Shown here one piece after another: positions 34,465-47,999 of a stretch of DNA of 64,000 nt. Made by a program: the position numbers and the translations under genes. The notes under the pieces were generated by a model, which saw only the letters and a program-made list of their open reading frames with translations, had not been told where the DNA came from and ran no database searches. Position 1 is the stretch's first letter. Every line of letters begins with the position of its first letter. This DNA comes from Felis catus (Eukaryota). Where the stretch lies: NCBI RefSeq assembly GCF_018350175.1, contig NC_058376.1, positions 132,618,001-132,682,000 of the forward strand, given 5' to 3'.

Positions 34465-34680
34465 AGGTGCCTGAGTGGCTCAGCTGGTTGGGCGTCCGGC
34501 TTTGGCTCGGGTCATGATCTCACCATTTTTGGGTTCGAGCCTTGTGTTGGGCTCTGTGCTGACAGCTCAAAGCCTGGAGCCTGCTTCAGATTCTGTGTCT
34601 CCCTCTCTCTCTGCCCCTCCCCCGCTTGCACTCTGTGCCTCTCTCTCTCAAAAATAAATAAAAACGTAAAAAAAATTTTA
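34465..34680 (+). mobile_element. Can-SINE
   Basis: SINE head, CT tract and A tail. Confidence 0.92.
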
Positions 34681-35404
34681 AAACCTCTTACACAAATATA
34701 GAACGAACATGTGCCAAAACTGTTATTTAACTCACTGGTCTAACGAAGAAATCAGTCAGATGGTAAACCTGGCTCAAAACAGCATCGGAGGAACATGAGT
34801 GTGTGTATCGGTCAAATGAATGTTGAAATGAATTTGCTCGTGTATACAAAACTGGCTAATGTCCTATAGAGCAATACAATTGCAGTCTGGGGTGATCTCA
34901 TATTAAATAACAAAGCCTAGCAATAGTACATTCACTAAATAATCCTTGAGTGAGCCTCTTAAATAGTACCCTAGTATATGTTAGAAAGGCAAACATCTTG
35001 CTTTATTTCCAAGTTTGTGATAATTTTGCTTTACTGTGTGCTGTAAGGTGGCCAATCTTAACACTCTTCTGGGAGGAGCATACATTGGTATAATCTTTCT
35101 GGAGGGCTATTTGGCAATGTAAACAACTGAAAACTCTTCCTGTCTGTGAGCCCGTATCTTCACTTACAAGACTTCATTCTGAAGAAATCATCAGACACCT
35201 AAACACTTGTGTATAATACTCATTAAGTGTTTTGAGCACCCTGTATGCAGATGGTCACCAAAAGTTGGGAACAATTCAGATGTCCGCTGATAAAAGATGA
35301 ATTATGGTGTTCTCTTAAATATAATGTGGCCATTGCAAATGGTATTTTTGAAAGTATCTTGGTAGTCTTGATGCTGTATGTAGTGAGGAAAGTCAAGATG
35401 GAAA

Positions 35405-35543
35405 ACTATTTATGTATTTATTTAAAATTTTCTTTAAAAGTAGGCTCCATGCTCAGCGGAGCCCAGCGTGGGGCTTCAACTCATGACCCTGAGCTGAGAT
35501 CATGAGTCTGATGCTTTACCAGCTGCGTCACCTAGGTGCTCCC
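35405..35543 (-). mobile_element. Short Can-SINE
   Basis: aagtaggctccatgctcagcggagcccagcgtggggct. Confidence 0.8.
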
Positions 35544-36535
35544 GAAACACCATTTATCATTATCGCAATTATATACACACACACAGACAAAATAAAAATA
35601 GCCAAGATATTAACTAAACTAATATTAATATTATCTGTTCTCCAAGTTTTCTACAGTTACACTTTCGAAGCTTTTTTAGCCAGAATAAAATATTATAAAG
35701 AGTTTGCAGTGCATTCCAGAATTAAGTGACTCAAATTGCCTCTTATTTTAGATTATTCATACCTTCTCTGCCTTCCTCCTCCACCTTTCACTCTGGAGCA
35801 ATGTTCCAGCCTTCGCATTTTAAGCCGTGTAAGTGGAGAGCAGCAGGAGAATGAGGCCCTGATGCTGGGAGCTGAGGGTGCCCCGTTTGTTTGGATTTCA
35901 TTCGGTTAATGTGAACATCACAGGGAGCCCCAGGCTATCAGTCAGGAAACCTAGGTTGTCTCCAGGTGTGGGACAAAGCCTGGGGAGTGGTTAGGATTCG
36001 GAAAAGGGCCTCCTAATTCCCAGTTGGAGAACTTCAAGTTAGAGAAAGTCCTTATTTCTAAAATGAACACACTTGAATTTTACCCACCAGCCCAGTGAAG
36101 CAGACTTTTTAGGAGTGGGCCCCAGCATCACCCCTAAACCAAGTGTTTTTTCAGGAGCTCCCCGTCTGATTTAGATGCACAATGAGTGGAAACCACTGGA
36201 TTGGAGACACCCCATCTGTTAACAAGCCCAGTATTCAAGGCCTTTGTACTGTGCCACCACCAGGAACTCCAAACCTCTCCTGATTGTCTGCTTGGCAAAC
36301 TCCTGCTTTCTGCTCCAACCTCACTCATTCCCTTCTTCCCTAACATGAGGTATGGTTAATGGTTGTTTCTAAATCCATCTGTCTTTGTTACCTGACAGTG
36401 AGGCCAAGTGAGACAGTTTCCCCAAGACCAAGATCCCTGATGAGAGTCCAGCCACCATCTTAGAACCTCTGGTTCCTGGCACAGTACAACTACCTGATGG
36501 CTGTCCGACGAGTGAATGAAAGAATGGACAAGTGA

Positions 36536-36775
<240 letters not shown>

Positions 36776-37725
36776 TAGACTGAAGGCATGCAGAGATGAA
36801 CCAAGCCAGGGGCCAACAGCCAAGACAGGTTAAATGAGACCGAAAGGAGACCCTAGGTTCCTAAAAATGAAATCTGAGCTCCCCAAACTCCCTGTGCCAC
36901 ATATTCCATCAGTTAAAGAGTGTCTGGTATTCTGGGGCATTTACTCATCTCTGGATCGTTCTATTTATTAATTACACAGGACATACAAGAATATATACTT
37001 AGAAAACAAACGAATCAGAAGTAAAAAAATTAAAGTCCCATCTTCACACACCCCACCAATTACCCTCCTTCTCTTCCTAGAGAAACTGCCATCAACACTT
37101 TGATATGCATCCAACTATATTCTTTTCTATTCATTTCATAGTTATTGACATCCTCTTTATTAGCATGCTATATGCTTTTGTAAAACCCTTGCTATTATAA
37201 TGTTTCAGTCAATATCCTTGTACATATATCTTCATAAATATGTCCAAGTTTTTCTGTAAGGTAAGATTCCTAGAAATGGAATTTCTCAGTGAAAGGATAT
37301 GCACATTTTGAATTATTTTAAAGACTACCAAATTTCCCTTTTGAAAGACCTTCATTTCATTTTACATCCCTCGTGATTAGTCTTGAGTGCCTGTTTCCCC
37401 ACCTTTGGTCAATGCAAGACGGAATAATATCTTGAATTTTTGCCAATCTTACGAAGGTACAGAATGAGATCTCATTATTTTCATTTGTGTTTCCTCATTA
37501 CTAATGAGGTTGAGTATCTTCTCAGATGTCCATTGGCCATTTGTATTTGTGCTGTGAATCACCTGTTCATATCCTGTGCACTCTTTCAGTAGTGTTTTTT
37601 TTTTACTGATTTTTGATAGCTGTTTACATATTATAGACACAATACAGGTACTTTTCTATTTTAAAATTATAAGGCAAATGGCAGATTTTAAAAATTCATT
37701 TATTTATGCCTTTTTTTTCCTTTAG

Positions 37726-38898
37726 GTCCTCCAGCGCCTGAGTTGCATGGCCATCAAGGGCAATATGTTCCTGGTGGCCAATCTTGGGACCAAGCAGCCT
37801 TGCCATAACAATGACCCGGGGTGCCCACATGATGGAAGATACCAGTTTAACACAAATGTCGTGTTCAGCAACAACGGAACCCTTGTTGACCGCTATCGCA
37901 AACACAACCTCTACTTTGAGGCAGCTTTTGATACCCCTCTCAAAGTGGATCACATCATCTTTGATACCCCTTTTGCTGGCAAATTTGGCATCTTCACCTG
38001 CTTTGATATATTGTTTTTTGACCCTGCCATTAGACTCCTCAGGGACTCTGAGGTGAAGCACGTCGTATATCCTACTGCCTGGATGAACCAGCTCCCACTC
38101 TTGGCAGCCATTCAGATTCAGAGAGCTTTTGCCATTGCCTTTGGCATCAACCTCCTGGCTGCCAACATCCACCACCCATCTCTGGGGATGACCGGAAGTG
38201 GCATACACAGCCCTCGGAAGTCCTTTTGGCACCATGACATGGAAAACGCCACTGGTCATCTTATAATCGCACAGGTAGCCAGAAATCCACTGGGTCTCAT
38301 TGGTCCAGAGAATGCCACAGGTAAAATGAACCCATCTCATAGTAAGTTTTTAGAAATCTTGGCAGGTGATCCATACTGTGAAAAGGATGCTCAGGAAGTC
38401 CATTGTGATGGAGCCACCAAGTGGAACATGAACACTCCTCCTGTGTTTCATTCGGAGATGATGTATGACAATTTCACCCTGGTCCCTGTGTGGGGAAAGG
38501 AAGGCTACCTCCGCGTCTGTGCAAACGGCCTCTGCTGTTACTTGCTTTACCAGCGGCCCACTTTGTCCAAAGAGCTGTATGCCCTGGGGGTCTTTGACGG
38601 TCTTCACACTGTGCACGGCACTTACTATGTTCAAGTTTGTGCCCTGGTCAAGTGTGGGGGTCTTGGCTTTAACACCTGTGGGCAGGAGATCACAGAGGCC
38701 ACAGGGATATTTGAGTTCCACCTATGGGGGAACTTCAGTACTTCCTATATCTTTCCTCTGCTTCTTACCTCAGGGATGTCCCTGGAAACCCCTGATCAGC
38801 TTGGCTGGGAGAATGACTACTCCTTCCTGAGCAAGAGCGGACTGTCCTCTGGCCTGGTGACGGCAGCTCTCTACGGGCGGCTGTATGAGAGGGACTAG
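37726..38898 (+). CDS. BTD: BTD exon 4 coding part ([12 protein letters not shown]...LYGRLYERD*)
   Basis: Acceptor ctttag at 37725. Contains YRKHNLY (catalytic Lys), FTCFDIL (catalytic Cys) and the vanin-type C-terminal domain. Spliced length from Met 31046 is 83+50+390 = 523 aa. Confidence 0.98.
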   Translation, partial: VLQRLSCMAIKGNMFLVANLGTKQPCHNNDPGCPHDGRYQFNTNVVFSNNGTLVDRYRKHNLYFEAAFDTPLKVDHIIFDTPFAGKFGIFTCFDILFFDPAIRLLRDSEVKHVVYPTAWMNQLPLLAAIQIQRAFAIAFGINLLAANIHHPSLGMTGSGIHSPRKSFWHHDMENATGHLIIAQVARNPLGLIGPENATGKMNPSHSKFLEILAGDPYCEKDAQEVHCDGATKWNMNTPPVFHSEMMYDNFTLVPVWGKEGYLRVCANGLCCYLLYQRPTLSKELYALGVFDGLHTVHGTYYVQVCALVKCGGLGFNTCGQEITEATGIFEFHLWGNFSTSYIFPLLLTSGMSLETPDQLGWENDYSFLSKSGLSSGLVTAALYGRLYERD

Positions 38899-39138
38899 GG
38901 CAGTGTGGGGTGGGCAGCCCTGCACTTGTCCAGACCACAGCTCACAAGCACTGGGACCACCTCTCTGCCCCACAGCCCACTGTGGGAGCTGTGGGATGAG
39001 GTAGGAGAGGCACCTTCCCCCATTGTCTTTTCCTCTTTGACGTGGATTATCGAGTCTTTTCTGGTATTCCCTGTTCCTGTTTCAAGCCATATCTTCCTCC
39101 AGCAAACCTCTCATTATACAATTGGTTTTAAGAGCTAA

Positions 39139-39144
39139 AATAAA
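39139..39144 (+). terminator. BTD: BTD polyadenylation signal AATAAA
   Basis: AATAAA ~240 nt after the stop, followed by a GT/T-rich element (gtgggtttcgtgtgtgttttt, ~39179-39200). Confidence 0.75.
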
Positions 39145-41764
39145 AATGCCAGTTTATATTTTACACATCCACAAAACAGTGGGTTTCGTGTGTGTTTTTA
39201 TTGTTCATGAAGTGAGACCCAGGACATACAAGTATCTCACAAGCCTCACCTTCTAACGTAAGAAACAAACTCTCAGAGCAAAACCTGTTTTAGAAATGGC
39301 TGCGTGGGTCCTTTTCCATTCTGGATGAACAGAATTCTATCCAGATGAAATGGTAATGCCAGAGCCACCAGCAACATCAGAAATGTGTATCTTGAAGCAG
39401 CTTTTAAAAATAGAAGGGAAGTTTCTCTCCCATATGCCTTTCCATCAGTAAATGGAATCTGTCAGGCAGGGCTCATAATAACTGGAAAAGAGTGCAGTGC
39501 CTCAGAGAGAAAGACAGACAGAGAGGCTGGAAACAAGTGCTGAAGAGAGGGGCAGCAGAGGGAAAGTATGAGTAAGAGGATTCTTTCTGCACAACATGTC
39601 TCATCCAGGGATTCCAGGGACCTAAATAAATCATGCTAACTTTGGGCAAGAGCCTTCCAGTTGCCCAACTGCGCAGGATGGAATGATGCAGGCATGATTC
39701 CGTGAACAGTCCCCAGAGGGCCTACCCTTTGAGAGAGGCATCACGCCTCTTGAAGATAAGTTGCAAGAGCTGCCATGGAGGGTGGCCCTCTGTAGTCATT
39801 CATTAATCTGATCACACAGCAGGTGTTTTTGGAAAGCCCACCAGGTGCAGAGCAAGGCCCTCCCACAATAGGAGTTCCAGATGCAGAACCAACGTAATCA
39901 GTGAGGGAAGACATTTTTAGGCCACTAATTTCTGTATTATTTGTAGCCAACATTTCAAAGTCATTTTGACTCAATGCCTAGTAACTCAGATAATTTTTAA
40001 GTAGGAAAATGAATAATTTTTAAGAAGATGGATAATTAGCCTTCTGTGATTTGCCTCTTCCATGGTGTGGCTGTTTAGTTTTAATTAGGTTTTTTAAAGC
40101 AGTATGTGCATATATATAATTATACAAAGTAAAAAATGGGATTCCTTCCCCATTCCCTTGCAGCATAGCCTTCTAGACCCCTTTTCTGGCTTTTAGGCAG
40201 AATAAAGAGTACAGACCCTGGTCTCAAGACTGTCCAGGCTCACATCCTTGGCCTCACGGCTTACTCTTCACTGCATAGACCTTGGACAACTTATTTAAAC
40301 CCTGTCACGCCACGGTCTTCTCATTCATATAATGTGCGTTGAATAATCCATGTGGGAATGATCCAAAAAAGCAAAACCCCTGCTGACTCACTGCTCACTC
40401 GCAAAGGTTTGGAGTGAGTCACATCTTTAGGGAATAAGCAGGAAGAACTCAGAATTCCTGAGGAAGGCCTGGGAAGTCCTCCTGGAATGGGAGCAGGACC
40501 CCTCCCACCAATGGCAGAGCCTGCCTGCCGTCCCCAGTGCAGGACCTGCCAGGAGGAGTGAGCTTGTCTCTCCGGATGTGGCTGTCTGCCACCCACTTAG
40601 CTCCCTGCCCCAAACACCAGGGAAATAGAAATCATCTTAAAAATGCATATTGTTGCTTCATGCCAAGAGTTTTCAAGTCAGCCTGAGAAAGAGACGTACA
40701 GAGACAGTAGACCTAAATACAGACTTGGTGGAACTACTCCACCCAGTAAGCACTTATGAAGCACCTGCTGGATACACATTCTGCCCTTCTGAACAGAGCA
40801 CCTAGAACTTTCCCTGAGTTACTTTCTATTGACAAGTTAGAACCAATTGTTTATGAAGTAGAAATGAGGGAAGATATAAATGATGGGGGTAACACAAAAT
40901 TATTTTTATAATAAAAAGAAGTAGCTGCCAGCTGGCAGAACAAAGAGGAGGATGGGAAAATGAGTAAAATGAATCATTTTCAGGAAAAAAAAAAAAACAC
41001 CTATGACTAATGGTTGTGACATGCTTTTGTCAACTGCAATCCTGAAATTCAAGGAAACAAATGGTAATCTTGACCATAACATAGAGGCAGGAAATCAAAT
41101 GTATTTTTGGTCAAATCAGACTTGGGGGAAGTCGGTTGGTCCATGTGGTTTCTCATGTAGGTGCAGCTGTGCCTGTCTGTGGCTTTGCTCACAGAGGAAG
41201 TGAGAGGCACAATGAGCTGTGTTCACACTGGACTTAAAAAGGCCTGTTCCTAGAGAAGGCAAAATCCACAGCCTGATCACAGACTGTCAATGCTGGTGCC
41301 CACCGCCCCCTCCTGCAGGGAGAGACAACTGCCCATGGCCCTGCTGAGGGAAACCCACCCGGACCACCCCTTACCCACAGGTGGCCCTGCTCTGTACCTT
41401 GTGGCCCCATCCCCTGGCCATCACGCATTGAACCGGGAGTATGCACCTGACCCCAGACCAGCCAGCCAGCCTGGCACCGGAGCTCTGCCCAGAGAGGGAA
41501 AATCTGAGTCAGCTGCGTGGATTCCCAGTGAAACTCGTAACTGCTCAAACACCCAATCACCCACTAGATGAACAAATGGTTTCTCAACAAAGTGAATGTA
41601 CATAGGGCAAAACTCTTTTAAAAAAGTTTTAGCAGTATGAAATGTTGCATAAAAAGGCTCTGATTTAAAATAAATGCTGATATGACATGAAGATCTGTTG
41701 AGTAGGATTGCTGTGGAGGCCTTTGGTCTTTTACTGCCATGTCTTCCTCCTTGTGTTGATTGCC

Positions 41765-42700
41765 TATTCCCACATAACAAATCTTAGTGGCTTAAAGCAA
41801 TCGTGAACATGATTAACTCATGCAGTTTCCATGAGTCAGGAATCTGGGAGTGGCTTAGCTGGGTTGTTCTAGCTCAAGGTCTCATGAGGCTGCAGTCAAG
41901 ATGTGAGCTGGAGCTGTGGTCAGCTGAAGGCTTCACTGGAGGTGGAGAACGTTATCAACAACTGTGTTCCCCAAAAAGATGCGTTGAAGTCTTAACCCCC
42001 ATACATCATAATGTGATCTTATTTGGAAATAGGGTCTTTGTAGATGTGATTAAGATGAGATCACACTTAAATAGGGTGGCCCCTTAATCCAATGTGACCC
42101 GTGTCCTTATAAGAAAAGGAGAAGATTTAGACACACAGGGAGAAGACAGCCATGTGACAACAGAGGCATAGTGGAGGGATGCATCCATGAGCCAAGGAAC
42201 ACCAAGGATTACTGAGAAACATCAGAAGCTAGCGGAGTCAAGGAAGGATTCTCCCCTACAGGTCTCAGGAGGAGCATGGCCCTGCTAACACCTTGATATT
42301 GGACTTTTAGCCTCCAGAACTATGAGGTAGTAAATTTCTATGTTTTAAACCACCCATTTGGTGGTACTTTTTTATGGCAGCTCTAGAAAACTACTACCCA
42401 TCAGTTTGGTGCAGCCACATGGCTGGCTGCTGGCAGGAGGCTCAGTTGCTCAACACAGGGTCCTTCCTGTAGGGCTGTTTGGCTGTCCAAAGTGGCAGCT
42501 GGCTTCCCATGGAGCAAGTGATCCAAGGGAGACCAAGGTAGAAGCCACAGTGTCTATTATGACCCACGCTCAGAAGTCACACTTTATCATTCCATACTAT
42601 CTTCTTGGCTTACCCAGATCAGCCTTGCTCATTGAAGGAGGGGACAGGACACAGGCCAGGAGGTGAGGATACTGGGCACCATCTTGGAGCTGGTTACCAA
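41765..42700. mobile_element. Nested MaLR LTRs: MLT1B/C-like (+, ~41955-42395) inside an MLT1F/G-like LTR (-)
   Basis: Inner: atcttatttggaaatagggtctttgtagatgt...ggacttttagcctccagaact. Outer: cttagtggcttaaagcaa..gtcaggaatctggg, resuming ~42410. Confidence 0.75.
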
Positions 42701-43589
42701 CCCCCTCAGTCCAAATCCTGCTTCTCTTTTTCCTCGCCTCCCTGAAGTTCATACCCTACACAACCTGCCCCCTGCCTGTGCTGAGCCCCACGCTGACCCC
42801 GCACTATGAATCCAGCTCCCTGATTCCGCCATGGCCAAATTCTCTCAATTCCCTGATATGCTGAGCACAATGTGGCCTTAGCGATGTTGTCTTTGCTAAA
42901 ATGCCTCTTTTGATGGGGAAACTCCTCCATCCTTGAAGGTCCACTCCATGACAAGCACTTTGTGAATCTTCTTCCACCGAATTGACTTTTCCTGTTCCCA
43001 GAGCCCTTCCCCATCGGGCCGTAATACTTATCCAGGTCTTCTCTGCCAGGATGTGAGCTGCACCGAGAGTATCTGCCCTGTAGTGAGTGACAGCTTTGTG
43101 CTGGATGTGGCACATAAATGGCTCCTTTAACTTTCTCCATGAGCCTTAAAGAAGGCTTGATATGGCCATCTTGCAGATAAGGAAAACTGACAGAGATGCT
43201 AGTGAACTGCCCATGTGCTGATTAGAGCTGGTGCTGGAATCTGCATCTTCTTCACCGTGACTATGGAGATGCCACCTGAGAACACAGTCCATGTGCTACT
43301 AATCTTTGTGTCTATGGCTCCTGGCACCCCTCTGTGGTTTTTAAAATCTGGGCTCAATACATGGTTGCTGAATGAATGAGTGAATGAATGAATGAATGAG
43401 CAGTCACCAAGCATGCTTATTTCGTTTAGACAGGCTGAAACAACAAAAGAACAATTTTTTTCTCTTTTGAAAGTTTTCTAGCATTGAAGTAAAAATCTAA
43501 CAAACAGTTAAAAATAAAATTACCAGTAGATCAATGAGCTGCTAGGAGTCATGTATGTGTAACTCTTTCACGCATTTTTTTTTTTTTTT

Positions 43590-45198
43590 GGTTTGAGCAA
43601 AAATTATCACTTATTGACTTATGTAACTGAAGAGTCTACAGAGTAGATCTCTTCAGGCATGGCTGGATTCAGGAGCTGAAACAGTCTGTGAACAGCATCT
43701 GTGTGTGTGTGGGTGTATGTAGTATGTCTGTACTTGGCGTTCTTTATCAGCTTCCTTCCCAGACAGACTCCCCATATAGTGGTAATGATAATGGCCACCA
43801 CAGCCCGAGGCGTCATCTGATGCTTTAGCAACCCCTAAGGAAAGAGCTTCTCTTTTCACAAAGTCCCAGAACTGAGCCTTCCTGGCTCTGCCTTGGGCCA
43901 CATGCCCAATCACTGTTCAGAGGGCCATGATATTCTTATTGGCCTGTTGGCCAGCAGCGAATCCCAGGCCCACCTGGAGAGTGAGGGATCATGGGCATGA
44001 CTCTGACAAGACACAGGAAGTGGGCAGGGCTGGATCCCCAAAGGAACGCTGAGGCAGGGTGGTGGGTGGGATATGCTTGGGCAGAAACAGTAGATGTCCA
44101 CCAGGCCTGCTTCCTCTGAGCATAAATTTCTCTCTGACACTAGTTACATGCTGTTGCAGTCAGGGTCATAGCAGAAGGAGACTGCACACCCCATTAACAC
44201 AGAGGAGTAATAACAGAGCAATTTACACAGGTGTGGGCAGGGGTTATAGGGAAGCCTGCAAAGGGCAGTCCAATATTCAGGGGCTAGCAATAGCAGGAGC
44301 CATTAGCCTCCCAGGCCTGAAGGTATGAAGGGCTCAAGTGGTTACAGAATCAGGGGAGGGAAGGAAGCTGTATGGAGAGAGCAGCCCGGCAGGAGCTGCA
44401 GCCTTTAGAAGGGAGATCCAGGCAGACTACAGTGATCTTACACAGAAGGAGGCCAGGCAAGAAGTACCATGTCTTTTCTCTCTTCTGCTACCCTTTCATC
44501 ACCTGCTGCTGCTTCCTATTGGTTGGACCCAACAGCAAGGCAGAGAACAAGAAAGTGCAGCTGGTGCTGTCTGCAGAAGTCAGTGCTACGGTCACACAAC
44601 AGGATGGAGAAGGGGGGAGTGTGTAGGGAGGAAACTGCAGCACATGATGCTCCCAACACATTCTGGGAGCTTATGAACAACTTCATTTGAGAGAGGGAGT
44701 CAGGGAAGAGACAGCCCTGTGGACAAACAGGTTTCTTAATGAGCATAACGAGTCTTAACATAGCTCCCACTGATCCCTATGGACACTCTTGTGTGGTGCC
44801 TTCCCACATTGTTCCATGGTTGTTCTGTGTGACCACTAGAACATGGCAGACACAATGTCCTGTTATTTTCTGAGATTAGATATCAAAGATCCTGTGGCTT
44901 GTCTTGGTTGCCTACCTTCCATGTTGGATCACTTGCTCGGGGGAAAGCCAGCTACCATGTCTCACGGAGCCTTATGGAAAGGCCCATTTAGCAAGAAACT
45001 GAAGCCTCCTGTCGCTAGCCCCATAAGTGAGCTGTGTTGCAAGTGGATCCTCCAGCCCCAGTCCAGCCTTTAGATAACTGCCACCCTGGCCAATGTCTTG
45101 ACTACAACTTTCCGAGAGACTCTCAGCCAAAACAACCTAGCTACGCCACTCTCGAATTGCTAACCCTCAGAAACCTTCAGATAAATGTTTGTTGTTTT
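43590..45198. mobile_element. Cluster of old LTR fragments (MLT1/LTR33-like)
   Basis: ttcaggcatggctggattcagg; gttgcagtcagggtc; gtggatcctccagccccagtc...ataaatgtttgttgtttta. Confidence 0.55.
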
Positions 45199-45373
45199 AG
45201 GGGTACCTGGGTGGCTCAGTCAGCTAAGCATCTGACTTCAGCTCAGGTCATATCTCACAGCTCGTAAGTTTGAGCCTCGGGTCAGGCTCTGTGCTAACAG
45301 CTCAGAGCCTGGAGCCTGCTTCAGATTCTGTGTCTCCCTCTCTCTCTCTGCCCTTCCCCCACTCATGCGCTCT

Positions 45374-45413
<40 letters not shown>

Positions 45414-45607
45414 AATAAACAAACATTAAAAAGAAAGAAAATTAGGGGCACCTGGGTGGCTCAGTCGGTTGAGCATCCGACTTTGGCTCAGGTCATGATC
45501 TCAGAGTCTGTGAGTTCGAGCCCCGCATCAGGCTCTGTGCTGACAGCTCAGAGCCTGGAGCCTGCTTCAGATTCTATGTCTCCCTCTCTCTCTGCCCCTT
45601 CCCTGCT
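45199..45607 (+). mobile_element. Two head-to-tail Can-SINEs (45199-45440 and 45444 into the gap)
   Basis: Two successive SINE heads; the second tail lies in the N gap. Confidence 0.92.
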
Positions 45608-46382
45608 NNNNNNNNNNNNNNNNNNNNNNNNNNNNNNNNNNNNNNNNNNNNNNNNNNNNNNNNNNNNNNNNNNNNNNNNNNNNNNNNNNNNNNNNNNNNN
45701 NNNNNNNNNNNNNNNNNNNNNNNNNNNNNNNNNNNNTGCAGTAATCTTCCTGACAGCACCTCAATCCCCTGCCAAAATTCCAATGCATCTGATGCTCCAT
45801 CTTCCAGCTGTCCTGACTACTGCCCCTTTACAGGTCTCTCTCCCACTATATATGATACAAGTGCTACTAGTAGTTATTATCTGTTGGACTAGCTCAGAAA
45901 TAACCTTTCTTTTCTCATGGTTTTGAAGAGTGAAGTGCACCTGGGCAATATTCTCAAATGGAGGGAGAAAACCACAAAGAGGGGCCCACAACGAGCAGAT
46001 GTTGGCTGCTTTGAAATTGGAAGTTCTAGAAGAGGCATTCTGAGAGTGGCCAGGAAAGTCTTCCTGTCTCCAGAATTACCTAACCCTCCGCCCCACTCCC
46101 CGCACCCGCCTCATCCCCCCAGCCTGGCATCATACAGACAGTGGTTCTCAAAGGGTGGTCCCAACCCAGCAGCACTAGCGTCACCTGGGAACTTGTTAGG
46201 AACACAAATTCTTGGGCTCTGGGGACAGGTCCCATCAATCTGTGTTTAATAAGCTTTCAGGTGATCCTAATCAAGTGTGAGACCATTACTCCAGTGCTGT
46301 GCATTTTTCAAAGCATGTGTGCACGCCTTAGTAATCAGCTCCCCATATCAGTTCTCTGAAAGGGGCAAGTGTGTCCATTTTA

Positions 46383-46597
46383 ATTTTTTTTTTTTCAACG
46401 TTTATTTATTTTTGGGACAGAGAGAGACAGAGCATGAACGGGGGAGGGGCAGAGAGAGAGGGAGACACAGAATCGGAAACAGGCTCCAGGCTCTGAGCCA
46501 TCAGCCCAGAGCCCGACGCGGGGCTCGAACTCACGGACCGCGAGATCGTGACCTGGCTGAAGTCGGATGCTTAACCGACTGCGCCACCCAGGCGCCC
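46383..46597 (-). mobile_element. SINEC_Fc (young)
   Basis: Near-consensus copy. TSD caagtgtgtccattttaa. Confidence 0.95.
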
Positions 46598-46974
46598 CAA
46601 GTGTGTCCATTTTAAAGAAGAGAGAACTGAGGCTTGGATGGGAAGTGCCTTGCCCAAGGCTAAACCAGTATCCTAGCATCAGAGCTAGAGCCTGGAATCC
46701 CCACCCTAGGACCGAGGCATAGCTAGTTTCCAAATGACCAGTTCAGAACACTCTTCTCTCCTATCCTCATGCTAGTTTTCAACCCATTATTCCCCTTTCT
46801 GTGGGACTTTTTTTGTCACCCAAATACGTTACTTTTCTTTGATCAAAGACAAATCAGTGTGGGGAAAATATGATCTATAGTTAAGGAATTGCCTTGCATC
46901 AGGTTGTGTGTAACTTTGAAAGTTCACAAAAGGCTTCATGGGAATGCAGAAATCTTATGGAAACTATCTGCAGA

Positions 46975-47180
46975 TATTTTTAAAAAATTTTTAACGTTTA
47001 TTCACTTTTGAGAAACAGAGAGACAGAGTGTGAGTCGGGGAGGGGAAGAGAATGAGGGAGACACAGAACCCAAACCAGGCTCCAGCACAGAGCCCGATGT
47101 GGGGCTCGAACTCACAAACTTCGAGATCATGACCTGAGCCAAAGTTGGACGCTTAACCAACTGAGCCATTCAGGAGCCCC
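46975..47180 (-). mobile_element. Can-SINE
   Basis: SINE motifs. TSD atctgcagatatttt. Confidence 0.9.
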
Positions 47181-47999
47181 AATCTGCAGATATTTTCAGT
47201 ATGATCCCTTTATTCAGTTCCAATGGAAGAAAACTGGCATGGAATGCTTTTGAAATCTTTTAATCTGGTGCTTCAACATTTTGAATAAAATATATAAGAT
47301 GGTTGCTTGTTTTTATGCTTACTGGACATGCCTGTACTAAACCTTCCATGCAAGTCAGATGATTGGTTTTATCAATACTTTCAGTGTTTAAAATTTCTGA
47401 TATATTACCACCTGATTTGGCAGAATGAAATTCTTGATGCTGTGCCCTTTAACTTCAAGACTTGTTTTGTAGTTTATCTTATGAGTCCCGAGTTTATTGC
47501 CATAGGGTCCTGATGTGATAACTAAAGACACTACTACACTGAAAGTAAAGACACTGCCTTTCTCATTTCCACACTCTAAATATTCCTACAGAACCTGTAA
47601 ATGGTCAGCATTTACATTTTCTCTGAGTACTGGAATGTTGAAAGTGGTATCTATTGATCTCAAAGAATTGTAGGGTTCCTAAAATGATTCCTGAATAATC
47701 AAATAAAGATAAAATTATGTACAGTATGATTTTAAGATAAGATATATTTGGGGATTCTAAGTCTTTAAAAATTATTGACTCAATTATGAATATCTTGCAG
47801 CTCATAAAATCAGGTGTGAAAATTAAGTGTTAGCTGCACATAAAATACTGTGTTAGAAATTGTACAGTTTGTAAACACATAAGAAAAGACTATTACCTTT
47901 AGAGAGAGCTTACCACCTAAGGCTCATTTAAACATGGGATTTACGCATGTGTGCGCGCACACACACACACATACACACCCCAAAAGAAATCAGTAAAGC

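Noticed and set aside
37696-38830. ORFs 37696-38340(-), 38350-38721(-), 37784-38056(+) and 38465-38830(+)
   Set aside because: Antisense or alternate-frame shadows of BTD exon 4 with no independent signals.
45270-45926. 218-aa ORF and the many MAQSVK.LT.AQVMIS-type ORFs across the window
   Set aside because: Translations of Can-SINEs, plus N gaps in this case.
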